64,000 bases of DNA, from NCBI GenBank assembly GCA_973895155.1, contig OZ316894.1:20838451-20902450 (forward strand), read 5' to 3'. This document shows, in pieces, positions 1-13,400 of this stretch; position 1 is the first letter of the stretch; every line of letters begins with the position of its first letter. The DNA is from Marsupella aquatica. Taxonomy: Eukaryota; Plantae; Marchantiophyta. Below the pieces are notes generated by a model. It made no database searches. It saw nothing but the letters and a program-made list of their open reading frames with translations, and was not told the origin of the DNA. The position numbers and the translations under genes are program-made.

Positions 1-736
1 GATCGCCGCTCGGGGCCCCTGACCGGCCCAACCCGGATCGGGCCACAACTTGCGCCCCAAGTGTCCATTGCCCATGGCGTCAACTCCATTGGCCTTGGGC
101 CCAAGAGGAGCTCACTTCCAAACCCTCAGAACTCAAAGCCCCTCCGACAGTCCGGACGACCATCCTTGAGCCCGACCCATTTCTCCTTGACCCTACTAGC
201 CATAGGCTAGTCCAAGTCCTTAGTGTGTGTGTCCCCAACTTGGCCCCTTGCCTCGCTAGTGCCACGTCTCATTGCCCACAAGTCTCCCCATGTTAAGTCC
301 TCCCCGTGGCCTATCCGGGCTTGGACCATAAGGGAGCTCGGCGTCGGAGTCAGCGACGCCGGAGCTAAGTGTTAAGGTAGTCGAGTTCTGCGACTATGGG
401 CAAGGCTTTGACATACTCACCTCTATTTATGTTCAAAGAATGGACACTAAGGATACTTTGACTACTAATTGCAATCAAAAGCTACACTCAAGAGAGCCTA
501 TGGTTTGGAGTGAAGCCTGTCGACCATGACTCTTGGGTTGCGACAAGTATTAGGGTGAGGCAATTGGTGGGGATGGCAACCATGAGGCTAGTTTACTAAA
601 ATGGATAAAGCAAAGCACAATGGAGTGAAAGTGCAAAATGCAAATGAGGTACACATTAGACAAATTGAAAAGAAGAGGTTGAATCCAAACCCCAAATTAA
701 ACCTAGAAGCCACAAAACTCTTTGTAAAGGCCCATT

Positions 737-1134
737 TGTTTTGGACCTGAAACATTGGTGACTTCCTTTGGGAACAAGCATAGGAGTGCATGTTTAGCAT
801 AGACGACATTCGTAACAGCAAGCCCATGAACCATCTAACGCACAATAGTTGACACAGAGAGATACGTGGTTCACCTCCATATGAGGCTACCTCCACGAGA
901 ACACACAAGAGCTTTACTGCATTCTAGGCCGACCGGCCATACCAAGCATCCACAGTACAAGCTCTCCCTATCTCTCAACTAGTTCTATAACAATGAGCCT
1001 AAGTTCCACTGGGGTCTGGCATCAGCCCTGGCTATATGCACAACAGCACTACCGCTAACATTAGCTAAGTCCTAACCCGAGTTAGTCTAACTGTAGTTAG
1101 CTCATGAGTCACAAGACTAAAGCAATATCTAACA
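737..1134 (-). mobile_element. Solo-LTR-like repeat, related to 30668-31022
   Basis: The minus strand starts TGTTAGATATTGCTTTAGTCTTGTGACTCA and ends ...TCCAAAACA (TGTT...AACA termini). It shares the blocks TTAGTCTTGTGACTCA, GTAGCCT and GAGGTGAACCACGTA with 30668-31022. No clean TSD. Confidence 0.5.
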
Positions 1135-1158
1135 GTGCACAGAAGAATTTCCTCCGTT

Positions 1159-1879
1159 CCCCACCATCCCCCACATTTCCTTTTCTACACAATCTAAACA
1201 CTATTATATGCAATCTCACCTATGCCCAAAGGAAGTCACCAAAATGAGTGCAATTGAGGCAAGGAAATTCTTTGGGCATCTTATGTGTCATCAATGTAAG
1301 AAAATGTCTTCAAGGCAAGAAAGTCATCAAGACACATGAGTGTTATGGAGGCAAGGAAGTGTGGTCAATGGTGGTGTTGATTATTGGGGTTGATACAAAA
1401 CTGTTCTCAAAGCAAATTTAATCAAGTCAATGGCGCCACACATAAGGTTGGGCCATGGCACACTGCGGTGTTGATGGTCATTTGTCAGGAGGGCGAGCTA
1501 TGGCGGGGCTACGCATGGGAAAACAAAGGCAAGGGTGAGGCAAGAAGCAAGAGGCAAGGGCAAGGTAGGAAACAATTGTAGGGGGAGGCCAAAAATCATG
1601 CACAAGGAGGGGGCAGAGGAGATGGTCAGAGGACATGCAAGGACGAGGTTGCTTGGGACAGGTGAAGCCCACAAGGGATTAGGAGGGGGTTTTGGTCTGA
1701 TCCAACAGCGCAGATAAATCATGTTGTCATTTAACGCAATGATTGACTCCCACCTAGCGCAGATTGCTTTTTGTAACCAGACAACATGGAAACTGGTGAG
1801 ATTAAGTGTGAGTTAAGGGTGAGATTGCATATAATAGTGTTTAGATTGGGTAGAAAAGGAAATGTGGGGGATGGCGGGG
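1159..1879. repeat. Pair of ~62 bp inverted repeats about 600 bp apart (MITE/foldback-like remnant)
   Basis: 1159-1220 (ccccaccatcccccacatttccttttctacacaatctaaacactattatatgcaatctcacc) is the near-exact reverse complement of 1818-1879. Confidence 0.7.
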
Positions 1880-3224
1880 AGAACATATGTGAGGTGGGGG
1901 AGAAAATTTTATTCTATTGCGGGGAAAAATGGGAGGTAGGAAAAGATGTAAAGGGATGTTGGGCAAAAGAAGATGAAGGGTGGGGGAAGGAAGGAAATTT
2001 GGGGTATAATTCTTTTCTGCCCAGCTGCCTTTGGTGATGTATTTGCCCCCAAATATTGACTTCCCTAGCCCCAACTCTTGCTCCAAATCCCTTAGTCAAG
2101 CTACCACTATGTTTGGAATGCCCTTGCCAAACATAGCGGTAGCTTGTTTGGAGTGCCTTCCTAGTGACGGTCAAGGCAAGAGCTAATTCCACAGAGCTTT
2201 TGTACTTTGACAGTTTGGGGCATCTACACACCAAACACACTCACACACACTAACATCAACATTGCATAGTGAAAACGTTGCAATTCATGATTAATTAAAA
2301 ACTTTTAAAGCAAACATTATTTACATTGAAATTTACCTCTAAACATTTCAAAGTGGAATCTATCTTCCAGTCGGAGCTTCCCTATTTCAACTTTTTCAAA
2401 CTGCATGTCATGAATTCTGAGAGTAATGAGATATTTTGTAATGGCTTGGTTGGTGCCACTATAGGTAGCACGTACTCCAATCCAGAAAAAAATTAATTAA
2501 TGAGTTTGCTTGATGGACCAACACAACCAGCATGGACTGTGATGAAACTTTTAATTGATTTTTAACTTAGGAACCATTATATATAGTATGTAAGAATGCT
2601 CACATTCTTGGGTGTCAAAATCTCTTTGGTGCGTACAGGTCCTTTGGGTGAAATCTCATGGTCCGTCCAAGCATCAACTTCCACTTAGCCCCCTATGTGT
2701 GTTGTGGGAGAGGACAGAAGGAAGGATGTATGGCATCCTTCCTAAAAAGCATGAAACCAAGACTCTTGTTGTAAGGTGTAATCACACCATTTAAGTGTGT
2801 AAAATGTGACAGTAAAATGTCATCGAAAACAAATTATTTAGGACAATAAAATATACAAAGAATCCATTAAATCAAGAGAGGCAAACTTAACCATTACATT
2901 CACATTAATCATTCATGAATAAAATCAGAATCATTGGCTGAATTCAGTTTAGTATTGCGACGTCCCAAAAATGACCCCAACCACACTTTGCATAGTCCAC
3001 CACACTGTCAAGCCCATAACGTCACAAATTATATTGTTCAGTGTATTGTGATCAGAGAGCGTTGGTGAAGGGTCTTGTGGATTTTGTGTTATTAATGATA
3101 AATATATTTCATATTAGAGTCAGTAGACTTCAAAAACTTATGCTACTCACATGAATTCCACTAACTAAGGTGACTCATTACAATAAACATTGTGGAACCT
3201 TTTGAGAAAACTACCATTACATCT

Positions 3225-3972
3225 GGTTTGACCTGGGGCATCAAGGTTTTACTGCTTATAAATTACATTGCGAGTGTGAGTGTTGATTGATGATTTGTTT
3301 TAGAGCACCACTCAAAAACTTCTCTACTCACATATTATTGTTTATTCACACTATTCCTATAGTAACACTAACTATAGTAGACAGTGCAGAACCTTCAGAT
3401 GAAGCACCAGTTACACATGGTTTGACCAACAACATCACGGTTTTACTGCTTATAAATTACATTGCAAGTGTGAGTGTTGATTGATGGTTTGTTTTAGGGT
3501 ACCACTCAAAAACTTCTCTACTCACATATTATTGTTTACCCACTTCTGTAGTAACACTAACTATAGTACATTACAAACTATAGTAAACACTAACTACAGT
3601 AAACAATGCAGAACCTTAACATGAAGCTACCAATTAGCCATATTTTGACCTTGGGCATCAGGGGGTTTTCCTGCTTGTAGATTTTACATTGCTAGTGTGA
3701 GAGTCCATTGATGATTCGTGCTAGGGCACCACTCAAAAAACTTCTCTACTCACATATCATTGTTTACTCACACTATGCATGTAGTAAATCTAACTACAGC
3801 AAACATAACTATTCTGAACACTAACTACAGTCAGCCGTGCTAAACCTTGTCAGGAAACTACGATTACACTTGGATTATACTTGGTTTGACCAGGGGCATT
3901 AAGGTTTTACTGCGGGTAAATTTAATTGTACACTGCGAGTGGGAGTGTCGATTGATGATTCCTTTTAGGGCG
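3225..3972. repeat. Degenerate tandem array, about 4 units of ~190-240 bp
   Basis: The block (g)gtttgacc..ggcatca.ggttttactgc..taaattacattgc.agtgtgagtg..gattgatg....tttag.gcaccactcaaaaacttctctactcacatat recurs at about 3225, 3419, 3643 and 3882. Confidence 0.8.
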
Positions 3973-6516
3973 CCCCATTACAGTCGTAGAGCGGAAAAGC
4001 TATGGCGAGAGAGATCATGACAGACAGAACGGACAGTCGCAGAGCGAATCCGCGTCCTGTGTGAGAAGAGACGACCCTCCACGAGCTGCCCCGGCACACC
4101 AGGAATTCGGTGCGTCAGCTGACCTCTTGACTAACGCCTCTCGTTCCCTCCTCCGCCTTCTCGCGAGCTCTTTCAGGAGCCCTCCATTTCGGTAGGCTCT
4201 GCGGAACACTCTCTAGTTTATGTTATTGGAGACGCAGGAATGATACACAGATGGTGGATCTGGATCTGACAAGGTCAGAAACCAATCAGCCACGGGGTGT
4301 GCGACCAGAAAGGCAAGGATGCTTGAAGTTCTTTCGTCGACAAGAGGCGTCGTTTTGAGGTCTTGTTGTCCAGTTAAGAGCTGAGTGTTGTTGTCCTCGC
4401 TTACCTGCTTGCTAATCGATTCATCCTCCAGAAGAAGAAGATTGACAAGAGGAAGACTAAGGAGGATAGAGGATAATTGGAGAACGCAAGATCGCAAGAC
4501 GAGCAGAAAACGAGGTAAGAGGACCCAGTAATTGAGTGATGGTCAGTTCTCCATGAAAGATGTATCCAGCTACCGTTGCTGGCTGCCCCATGTCGAGTCG
4601 GAGGGAGTGGTCGTGGTAGTTTCATACTCACGCCCCCTGTCCCCGATCGAGAAGCAAAGGGACCCAGCAGTGCAGACCGGCGGTAAACGGCGAATCAGGG
4701 CGACCACTAAAAATTGCACGACTCCGCGCGAACTAAGAAGATTGATCAAAACTCTTCATACAGGAACTATGCAACCTTCTTCTCCTTGAAATCAGCATAA
4801 GACCTGAAGGATGACACAGGAACATTATACTGACAAGATGTTAGAACCTGAAGAGTGCACGATGCAATTTTCTGCCCCATCATATCCTGTTTTGAAGGGT
4901 TGTGGAGATTCTTTCTCCTACAGAAGTCTCGCTCATGTCTGACTGTGTTTGTTACTTAGCGGGAAATTGTCCCTTGCAAAGGCTGCGAATGATGATGTTT
5001 AATCGTTCTGCCTACCTCAGACGCAACTGGGTAGGCAGTGTGACGTCACTCTAGTCTACCCTTAAGCCACACAGCAGACACCAAAGTATATGGTAGACGG
5101 CTGAAAGGAACTCCCCTGGAGCCTGAATTTAGATGGGAATGAAAATTGTGTTCAACTCTCACTATAGATACTTTGGTAGGGATCAGGAATGTTAGCAGCA
5201 GTCTACACGTTAGTTTGCCGAGATATCCACAAATTTTCTAGGTTCCACCACCTCCTCGTCAAAGCCTCTACTAGATTGACCTTTCCAACTACTGATAACA
5301 AAAGCCCAGACATGAGGAAATAAATGCAAGAACAATGTTGCACAAGTTGTAAAGAAGGGGATATTCCTATCCTTTAGATTTGAGAGATCTCCAATTGGTC
5401 AACTTTTAGTTGAGTTTGCGAGTGTGAAGAGAGAAACTGTTGCTTTCAAATTGCAGATCCTTCTGGGTGATCTCTCTCCCTGTGATGGGTTTATGGCTGC
5501 AAGGCTGCCGCAGACGTTTGACATTGAGTAAAGTTCTTCTCTTCGGCTTGTTGTAGGAAGGCAGATCCTAATTCCTTGTAAATGCGAACAAGTTACAGTC
5601 GTCTGCGCATTCCCTAAAGCTCAACCGTATTGCCTCTGGTGCTATCGTGGACATTTCCTCGAGATCGTTAATGTAACCCTCTGCTCGAGGTTCAGCGGTC
5701 CAAGCACTTTGTCCTTCAAAGCGAGTGTTTTCTCGGTGAAACAAGTTGTTCTGTTGGTTCTATCGGTTCATCCCTAGAGTTTGGTCGGAAGGTTTTAGAT
5801 GATATTTCTTTCTTCCTGCAATTTCTCTCACATCTCGACAGAGTGGATTTATATCGTTGTCTGATTCCTTACAGGACTAGTTCTAAGCCTTGGACTAGCT
5901 AGAAGCATGAACGCTTATGGTTGTTCTCTCAGGATAAACTGAACACTTTTAATGATGCACATTGCTTTCTGAAAATTTCATATACAATATTTTGCAGGGT
6001 TTGAAAGTCTCAGAGATATGTGATCAAAGGCATCAAAGTTCCCGCTGGTTCCAGGCAACAGCCGCCCCATCATGAGTAGAAACCACGTTTGGAAATCGCT
6101 GATATAAGGTAAACCGCACTTCAACTATGAATACATAGCACATTCTGATTCGCCATATGCTTTTATAGTAGAACAGGCTGTTACTGTTGTTTCAGTCTAG
6201 GGCGATATACTCTGATCTCCTTTCATGGGCTTTTCTAGAGATATTGCGGGACAACCGTCTGAAAGTATGAGACTCACCAATTATAGATCAGTATTCTTAC
6301 AGCTTTCTTGTAGCCCTGTGAACCTAAATGGACAAGGTTTCTCGTGACTTCGTTATGAACTTTATCCGGTACTTTCCGCGTGTTCAAACAACCGCCAACT
6401 TCAAGTCAATTGCAATCTCCTCGTTTACGACAGTATAGATGTTTCTAAGTTTCATCTATTTCTCTGCGTTTTGAGGGCTAGATGAAAATGTGGTTTGCAG
6501 GTGGAAGCTTCCAGTG

Positions 6517-7835
6517 ATGACTCATAGTGATTCAGATAGTGACCGGTCACGGAAGCACAAGCGCAAATCCCGTTCCCACAAGAAGGTTGGGTCACATTCG
6601 AAGGATTACACAAGCTCTAGTGATGAGAGTGATTCGGAAAATGAGCGCACCAAGAGGCACAAGCGAACAACTTCCCGATATTCAGACAAGGTAGGTTACC
6701 TGAACAACTATCTTTCCTGTGTTATGGTAACAGTTAGCAAGGTTTCCAACAGTCTGCTGAGCATATTCTGAACCCTTCTCGTCGCTTTCAGGAGAAACGC
6801 AAGGACAAAGAGAAGAGCCGTGAGAAGAGCCATAGACACAAGGAGAAGCGGCACAGGCATAAAGAAGAGGTAGATACGTCTACCAAAATATGATAGACTA
6901 GTCAGACTTCCTTTCTAATCTTGAGGCTGGCTGTGAGTACCTGCTAGAAAGACTTTTGGAATACGTTGGTACATAAACCAATGGTTGTGTATGCTGGTCA
7001 TGTTGCTTTGGTTGATTTGTCGTTGGTGCTGTGATGACTGAATAGGCTTCTGAAGGCCTAGGTGACTTTGATCACATATAACTGTATGTACGCTATCAAT
7101 GATTCTGATACGTGTTTGCTGCCTGCATGTGGATGGGCCCTTCCGAATTGGAGCTGTGGTCTGCAACCTTGATTCTGAAATTTTGCATGGCTGGCCCGTT
7201 GTTGCTGGCCATCCTTTGATACTGTGCTGTTGATGACGGTGTCTGACTGGTTGGTGGCTTGTACGTGTCATTCCTGAGCACCATGTAGAAGTCCAGCAAA
7301 GACAGCGGTGGTCCCGTACAGCTTTCCAAGGTGCACAAGTAATCCAATTTATTAGCTGTGCACAAGCAATCCAATTTCGTAGCTTCCATCGCTCTCGAAT
7401 GCTAGGTTTCTATGACGTTCAAACATCAGTCTTTCTAGATTGTGGGGGTAGGGGGGATGTGGCACGAAGGGGATATCCTGTCCAGCTGCTAATTTCTGCG
7501 ACTCTTTGGAACAGTATCTCGGCAGGGACAAGGACAACGGTGTCCGACGGAGCGCTATATCAGGCAAGAAGGTGAGCAATGGAGCAGGAGTTGTTAATGG
7601 TCCATTTCTGAGCCTTTACTTCTGAGCTCTGTCTTCAACGTATGATTATCACTCATTTCATAGTGTCGTCAAGTTCATAGCTCTCCTACTCATTATGGGT
7701 TTGTGCCTTATATTGATACATGCTACTGAGATTCTCTTTCAGATACACTTGAAGGTGGAGAAGTCAAAGGAGGACAAACTTGCAGAAACTAGTCGCAATG
7801 AGCTTCTCAAGTTTCTTAACGCAAGTTATGACTGA
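6517..7835 (+). CDS. Small Lys/Arg/Ser-rich, probably nuclear protein (147 aa, 5 coding exons)
   Basis: Exons 6517-6690, 6792-6869, 7289-7330, 7515-7571 and 7743-7835 are all phase 0 with GT-AG junctions. The spliced product is MTHSDSDSDRSRKHKRK...GPVQLSKYLGRDKDNGVRRSAISGKKIHLKVEKSKEDKLAETSRNELLKFLNASYD*. Splice-like sites upstream (4514, 5998-6108) suggest 5' UTR exons. Confidence 0.85.
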
Positions 7836-9434
7836 GGTTCAGCCACGTCTCTTCATATCAGTTTACTAAAGCTTCACTTTGACTCTGCTATTTTTTCTCG
7901 AATAGGTGGTTCATCATCTTTTGAATGCATGGCTGAGACGAGGGCTGATCCTTGGTATCTTAAGTGGCAATCTGAGTTTTGTCGAATTTGGCACGTTGAG
8001 AACGTCGAGGAACGGAAGGCTCTGTTTCCTTCATTAACATCATCGTGAAGGCTTCTTCTAGGGCCTTCTCGTCTCTCAAACTGTGTTTTGGATTCCTTGC
8101 CTGTATATACCGCAGCACGTGAACTGTGATGTGTGTTAAGTTACAGAAAAATATTTAGGACCATCAGAATTGTTAGTTTTCGTTCGTTTGAACTCCAGGG
8201 TAGATTCAACTTTAGAACTAGGTATACACGAAAATAGATGGAATCTATCACCTCTCTTACGATGAGTTGATTAAGAGCTGTTGTGGGTTTCAAGTCCTCC
8301 CAAATTTCGTCACAGGTTCAAATGTCTATGTCTGTCGTACCTGTCTCTAACTTACGCATGTAGGATTGGTGAGTGGTTTCTTAGAGCCGATATTGGCGGG
8401 GTAATATAAGGGAAATCTAGTTTCAATAGGCTGGTCCATCTTAATTATTCGAAGCTGATATTATTTTGCTACCCTCGAATTCCAGTCGCTCAACCTCCTA
8501 TTTATCTGTTATCCCCGAAGGCTCAAATGAGCTGACTCCACTTCCTCCTTGGGACTAAGAACACTTCAGGAGGTCAATTCCATGGTGGAGAACGAAAGAA
8601 ACAGAGTTCGTACATATTGAAGCACGACCAAATCAACATTCTGACAGACTTTATAAATATCGTAGTCAATATGAATGACTGTTAATTGCAAACCCAGCTT
8701 CCTCGGTGGCTGTGAATGATCTGTCATCTAAGTTCCGGACTCTTAGATTTATGAAAGGCGAAATTGATTTTCCAAGATTAAGATGGCACTGACCGCGCAG
8801 TATCGGGGAAAAGTACCCACTCATTTCTCCCTTGTGGGGAAGAAGCAACCTCATCATTGACAACAATACTGATTTAGGATGTTATACACATTTTCAGTTT
8901 CCGTTCTAGGAGTTGATATCACAATCTTTTATACACATCTGCATTGTCCGCCGTAGGAGTTATATCAAACAAGCTATTATACGTCCTCATTTCTGCATCG
9001 ACATTCGTGACAGAAATCATAGTACATAGGTACAATTTGGCGGACATTGTTTATGATGTAGATTTGGATGCTACATAGGTCGGTGATGTAGCGTCATGTA
9101 AAACCTATTTGAGTGTTGTCATTGACTCTGATTGAGGCTTCAATATTGTCCCTGTAGAAAATGCTCCACACATAAATTTGTGAATTTGTCAGAATTAGTG
9201 CTAGTGACAACATAGCCAAGGAAACCAGTATTGATTACAATGGCAAATGCATTGTTCATCACTATTGGTGACTGTCGAATACAACGTAAGATGCATTGTG
9301 TTTCTCTATTGATGACTTCTGGACTATCGGCAGGCACATCGAAATCTTCGATTAAGGTCCTTCCAAACATTATTAAGGGTAAGGCCCTCTTATGAGGTGT
9401 TGTTGATCAAGAATACGTTGCTGAGTGTTGTACC

Positions 9435-9568
9435 AGGCATTGTTTACAAAAGCTTTTGCGGTGGTTTGCTAAATTAGGGTTTCCATTCAGGACAGGGTTG
9501 TAGGCATTGTTTACAAAAGCTTTTGCAGTGGTTTGCTAAATTAGGGTTTCCATTCAGGACAGGGTTGT
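9435..9568. repeat. 67 bp direct tandem duplication
   Basis: aggcattgtttacaaaagcttttgc(g/a)gtggtttgctaaattagggtttccattcaggacagggttgt occurs twice, with one mismatch. Confidence 0.9.
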
Positions 9569-9879
9569 AGTGTAAGGGTTTGCGCTATTTTGCCCGCAAG
9601 AAACGGATATGTTGTTAGTGAGGATTTGACCATCTGAGCACACAAGGAAATAGAAAACAGCTAATAGGTAAACATTTACTCCTGCACGGAGAATTCTAGC
9701 ACTTCAAGGAATATCCCCGCAAGTGAGCAAATAAATTTTCCTGCTTGATGTGTGCTTCGCTTACGTGAAGGCTATGAAATTTTTTGTGATGGCCATTCCA
9801 ATGAAGGACTTTACAAATCTAATTCCATGGAGCCCCCCCTCTGTTAGCACCCATGGGTCAATTCACACTCCGGAATTCT

Positions 9880-10426
9880 ATTGCAGTTTTGCAAGAAAGA
9901 GTTGTACACAAATACTGAACTTAAGACAACCCACCATAATTCATTCAACTCACTCCCTAATTCCATTGCAGTTTTGCAAGAACCCTAATTCCATTGCAGT
10001 TTTGCAAGAAAGATTTATATACAAATACTGAACTTAAGACAACCCTTCATTGCTCCTTTCAAGCAGATTCGAGTAACCTTCTAGTAACAACTTCAGACAA
10101 CCCACCATAGTTCATTCAACTCACTCCCTAATTCCATTGCAATTTTGCAAGAAAGATTTATATACAAATACTGAACTTAAGACAAGACTTGGTTGCTCCT
10201 TTCAAAGGGCGGGGGGAGGGAGGTGAGTAAACTATTTAGTGAGTAACCACTTCAGACAACCACCATAGTTCATTCAACTCACACTCCCTAATTCCATTGC
10301 ATTTTTGCAAGAAAGATTTATATACAAATACTGAACTTAAGACAACCCACCATTGCTCCTTTCAAAGCGGGGTTGAGTAAACTATCTAGTAAGTAACAAC
10401 TTTAGACAACGCACCATAGTTCATTC
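9880..10426. repeat. Degenerate tandem array, about 4 units of ~110-165 bp
   Basis: Repeated blocks ttttgcaagaaagatttatatacaaatactgaacttaagacaa and accatagttcattcaactcactccctaattccattgc. Confidence 0.85.
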
Positions 10427-13400
10427 TAGACTAAATCAAATAAACATTATAATGAGTCAACAGTCAGTCAATTCTGATCCAAGATAGCCACGTTGAGTCC
10501 ACAAACTATAATGCGGTCAGGGTTCAAACTGCAGCTGAATATTTTTCAAAATGTTCGGTGAGTGCGAAAGGTAGGACGGGTGGGAACCTCGACGGAGCCC
10601 TCACAAACCTGGATGCACTGGCGCCTCACCAGCTCACTAGACTCCACTAAACTCCCCTATGCCAGGGCTGTTTGTTGTGCACAGGTGAGAGTACTCTAAA
10701 TAAGCATCCCATGACCAAAACTATGTGATTCAATGATCACACTATGCTGAGCAACAGGGTTTGTGACAATAATGTGGGCATTACTCTTTGGGGCCTTATT
10801 TGGGGCTGTCACAATAATGACCTTCAAAGAAAAAGAGAAAGTAAAACACCCAAGATTGAACACTGACCAAAATGCTCGAGCAATGGATGCTTTCCCATCG
10901 AAATGGAAGGCACACAGGAATACTAGGGGAAGGTTTCCATCGCCTAAAGTGCATCCGCACAGAGGGCTCTTATCCGCAATCGAGAAGAGAGGAATACTTT
11001 CTGGTGATGATGAAACAGACGCAATCGGTTCACTAGAAAGCAATTGAATTGAATAGAACATTCCTGGGCTGACTGTAACTACTGAATAAAATATGGATTT
11101 AGACAGCTACAATAAATTGAGTAACGAACAATAACGGTCCTACGCAAATCTGCATGTAATAGACCTTTCCAGTGACGCTCTACCAAGGTAAATGTGTCAT
11201 AATGAGCATCACTAGCGTGCTTGTGGTTGGTCCTACTAAAGTGAACCTGCAACTGAGTTCGGGAAAGCAAGAAAGGCATTGTGAAGCAAAGGGTCAGTGA
11301 ATGAAAATTCAACCAACGGAACTCAGTGAGATCTTTGAAGGCAAACAGGGAAAGCACATTTAACGAAAGGAACCGAAGATTGCGGTAAAAAGCAAGCGAA
11401 GATAAGCAGTTGGAGTAGATGACATCCTGCATTCCTGCCACACAGGCTCCCAGGAACTGCCTTGATGCTCGACAACCCCGAACGAACATCACGAGAGTGC
11501 AAACTGCAATGAGATTTGAGAGGGTCAACAAAGGTGTAGGGACCACCGTGAGCGGTAGCATTTATTGCAGCTAGCATCGACGGAGGCTGTGGTATGGTGA
11601 ATCTGCGGGGGAGGCTGCAATCGTCGATTTTGGTCTCGCATGGAATTGAAGGACATGAATGTATGACAATGAGCAGAATGACGAAACGATCCGGACAGAA
11701 ACGTTTGGAACCAACTTTCTAATTAAGGAAGACAACATGGTGAAAGGATGTCAGCGCCTATCTCGCAGGAATGCGTGTAGCTCTGCTGGAACGTGAGGGA
11801 TAACCCTTTTTAATTGATGAGGCCGTGTGGAAATGGGTGGAACCGAGTACATCTACTGTGCGTGATGACGCGTGTGGCCATGTGAAACTAAGCATCGCGT
11901 GAACTGGGAACAGGACTCACCAATCCCATTTCTTTCAAGGGCAAGCGAAGTTTGTGGAGTGGGGATAATACTACAGGAGCATTGCATGCAAGCCAAAAAC
12001 ACAGGCAAGCCGTGCTACGAGCATAAGAAAAAGCAAGGCAAGGCGCAATAATTACATCATTGTTGGAATCACGAGCAAGAAAATCTGCTAGAACCGATGT
12101 CCAGCATGAAATCAAGGGAAGCAGATGGATGGATAAGTGCAAACAGACAGAACAAAACAAGTGAAGAAATAGCGAAGGCCATTCCTGTAGACATATCCTA
12201 CAATTGCAAAACAAGCAGGGCAGAGAGTAGATCGGGACATGGAAGCAACTGTTAGAACAGATAACGTACAGAAGAGGCCAGGAAATAGCAGATTTCAAAG
12301 CTTAGTTTGCCATAAGGCGACAGACTCATTGAAACTCTCACAGGGCAGACATGTGGAATTGCGGATTTGTGGCCCTACCAAGCGAAGAGGTAGATTTCGA
12401 CCAATGAAGTACCGTAATTTCCTGTTTCAAGACAGGAATGCATCGAAAAGAACTACAGGAGAGGAACAGAATGATCACACAAATGATCATGCCATGTGAC
12501 GTAGCAGCACCACCGAGCCCCGTCAATCAAGATCGGATAACAGCTACTGTTATTCCCCCTATCCCCAAAAGCATTGCACAAAGCACGGAAAAACCGGTGG
12601 ACCCAGGAACTACGAAATCCCAAAGAACGTGAAGAAGCTATGGCAGCCTCGGCTGACAGGAGCTCATCTTGAGGCGGTGCTCTTGCTGTTCTCCACGAAA
12701 GAAGGGTGGCGGAGCAAAAAGAATAACAGATGGATGAGTTCTATACTTCTATGACCCCACCAAACAATAGTCACTCACATTCATGACGAAACCCAGATGC
12801 TCGGATTGCATCATTCTATTCAACACAAATCCGATTCCCCAAACGGGGACAATTTCTTTTTGTGCGAATAGGAGGATTACTCGTTTATCGAAAGTAAACA
12901 GATATAAGACAAACAAAAGCCTTGCAAAAGAATCTACTGTATATATTTAGAGATTGGCACCACAACCATTTGGCGAAGCCATTATTTGTCCTCTTCAACT
13001 GTCGTCAACCCCAAAAGAAGTATTGGTTAAGGGTTTCAAACAATATTAAGAGTAGGCTTAATGGTTGATGCTTGCAAACACTTTTCATTCTCACTATCCG
13101 TGATCCCCCAAAGAGTGTCATGAAATAACCCAAGAATGATGTTGACAGGACTTGATTCACCTGAGTCCCACACAGAGTGTCATGAAGTCATGAAGAGGGC
13201 TAAAAAGCTCACATGGGGAAATGCCTAGTCCCCACTATGCATAAAGAATGGTAGGCCTTATTTTTTGGGAGGATGCACTGACAATATACTGTAGACAATC
13301 TATTGCGCCAAAGAAGGGAACTATGGCAGAAACTGTCTCCCGGCTTTTGGAGTTTAGTTCTTTGGCAATGTGATATAAATGAAAATGTTGCTTTCCCATA

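Noticed and set aside
3295-3310. GTTTTAGAGC resembling the start of a type II CRISPR repeat
   Set aside because: It is part of a eukaryotic tandem unit. The intervening sequences are homologous to each other rather than unique spacers, and there are no cas genes.
10696-12632. ORFs of 60-160 aa on both strands
   Set aside because: No recognisable domains or consistent splice structure; likely chance ORFs.
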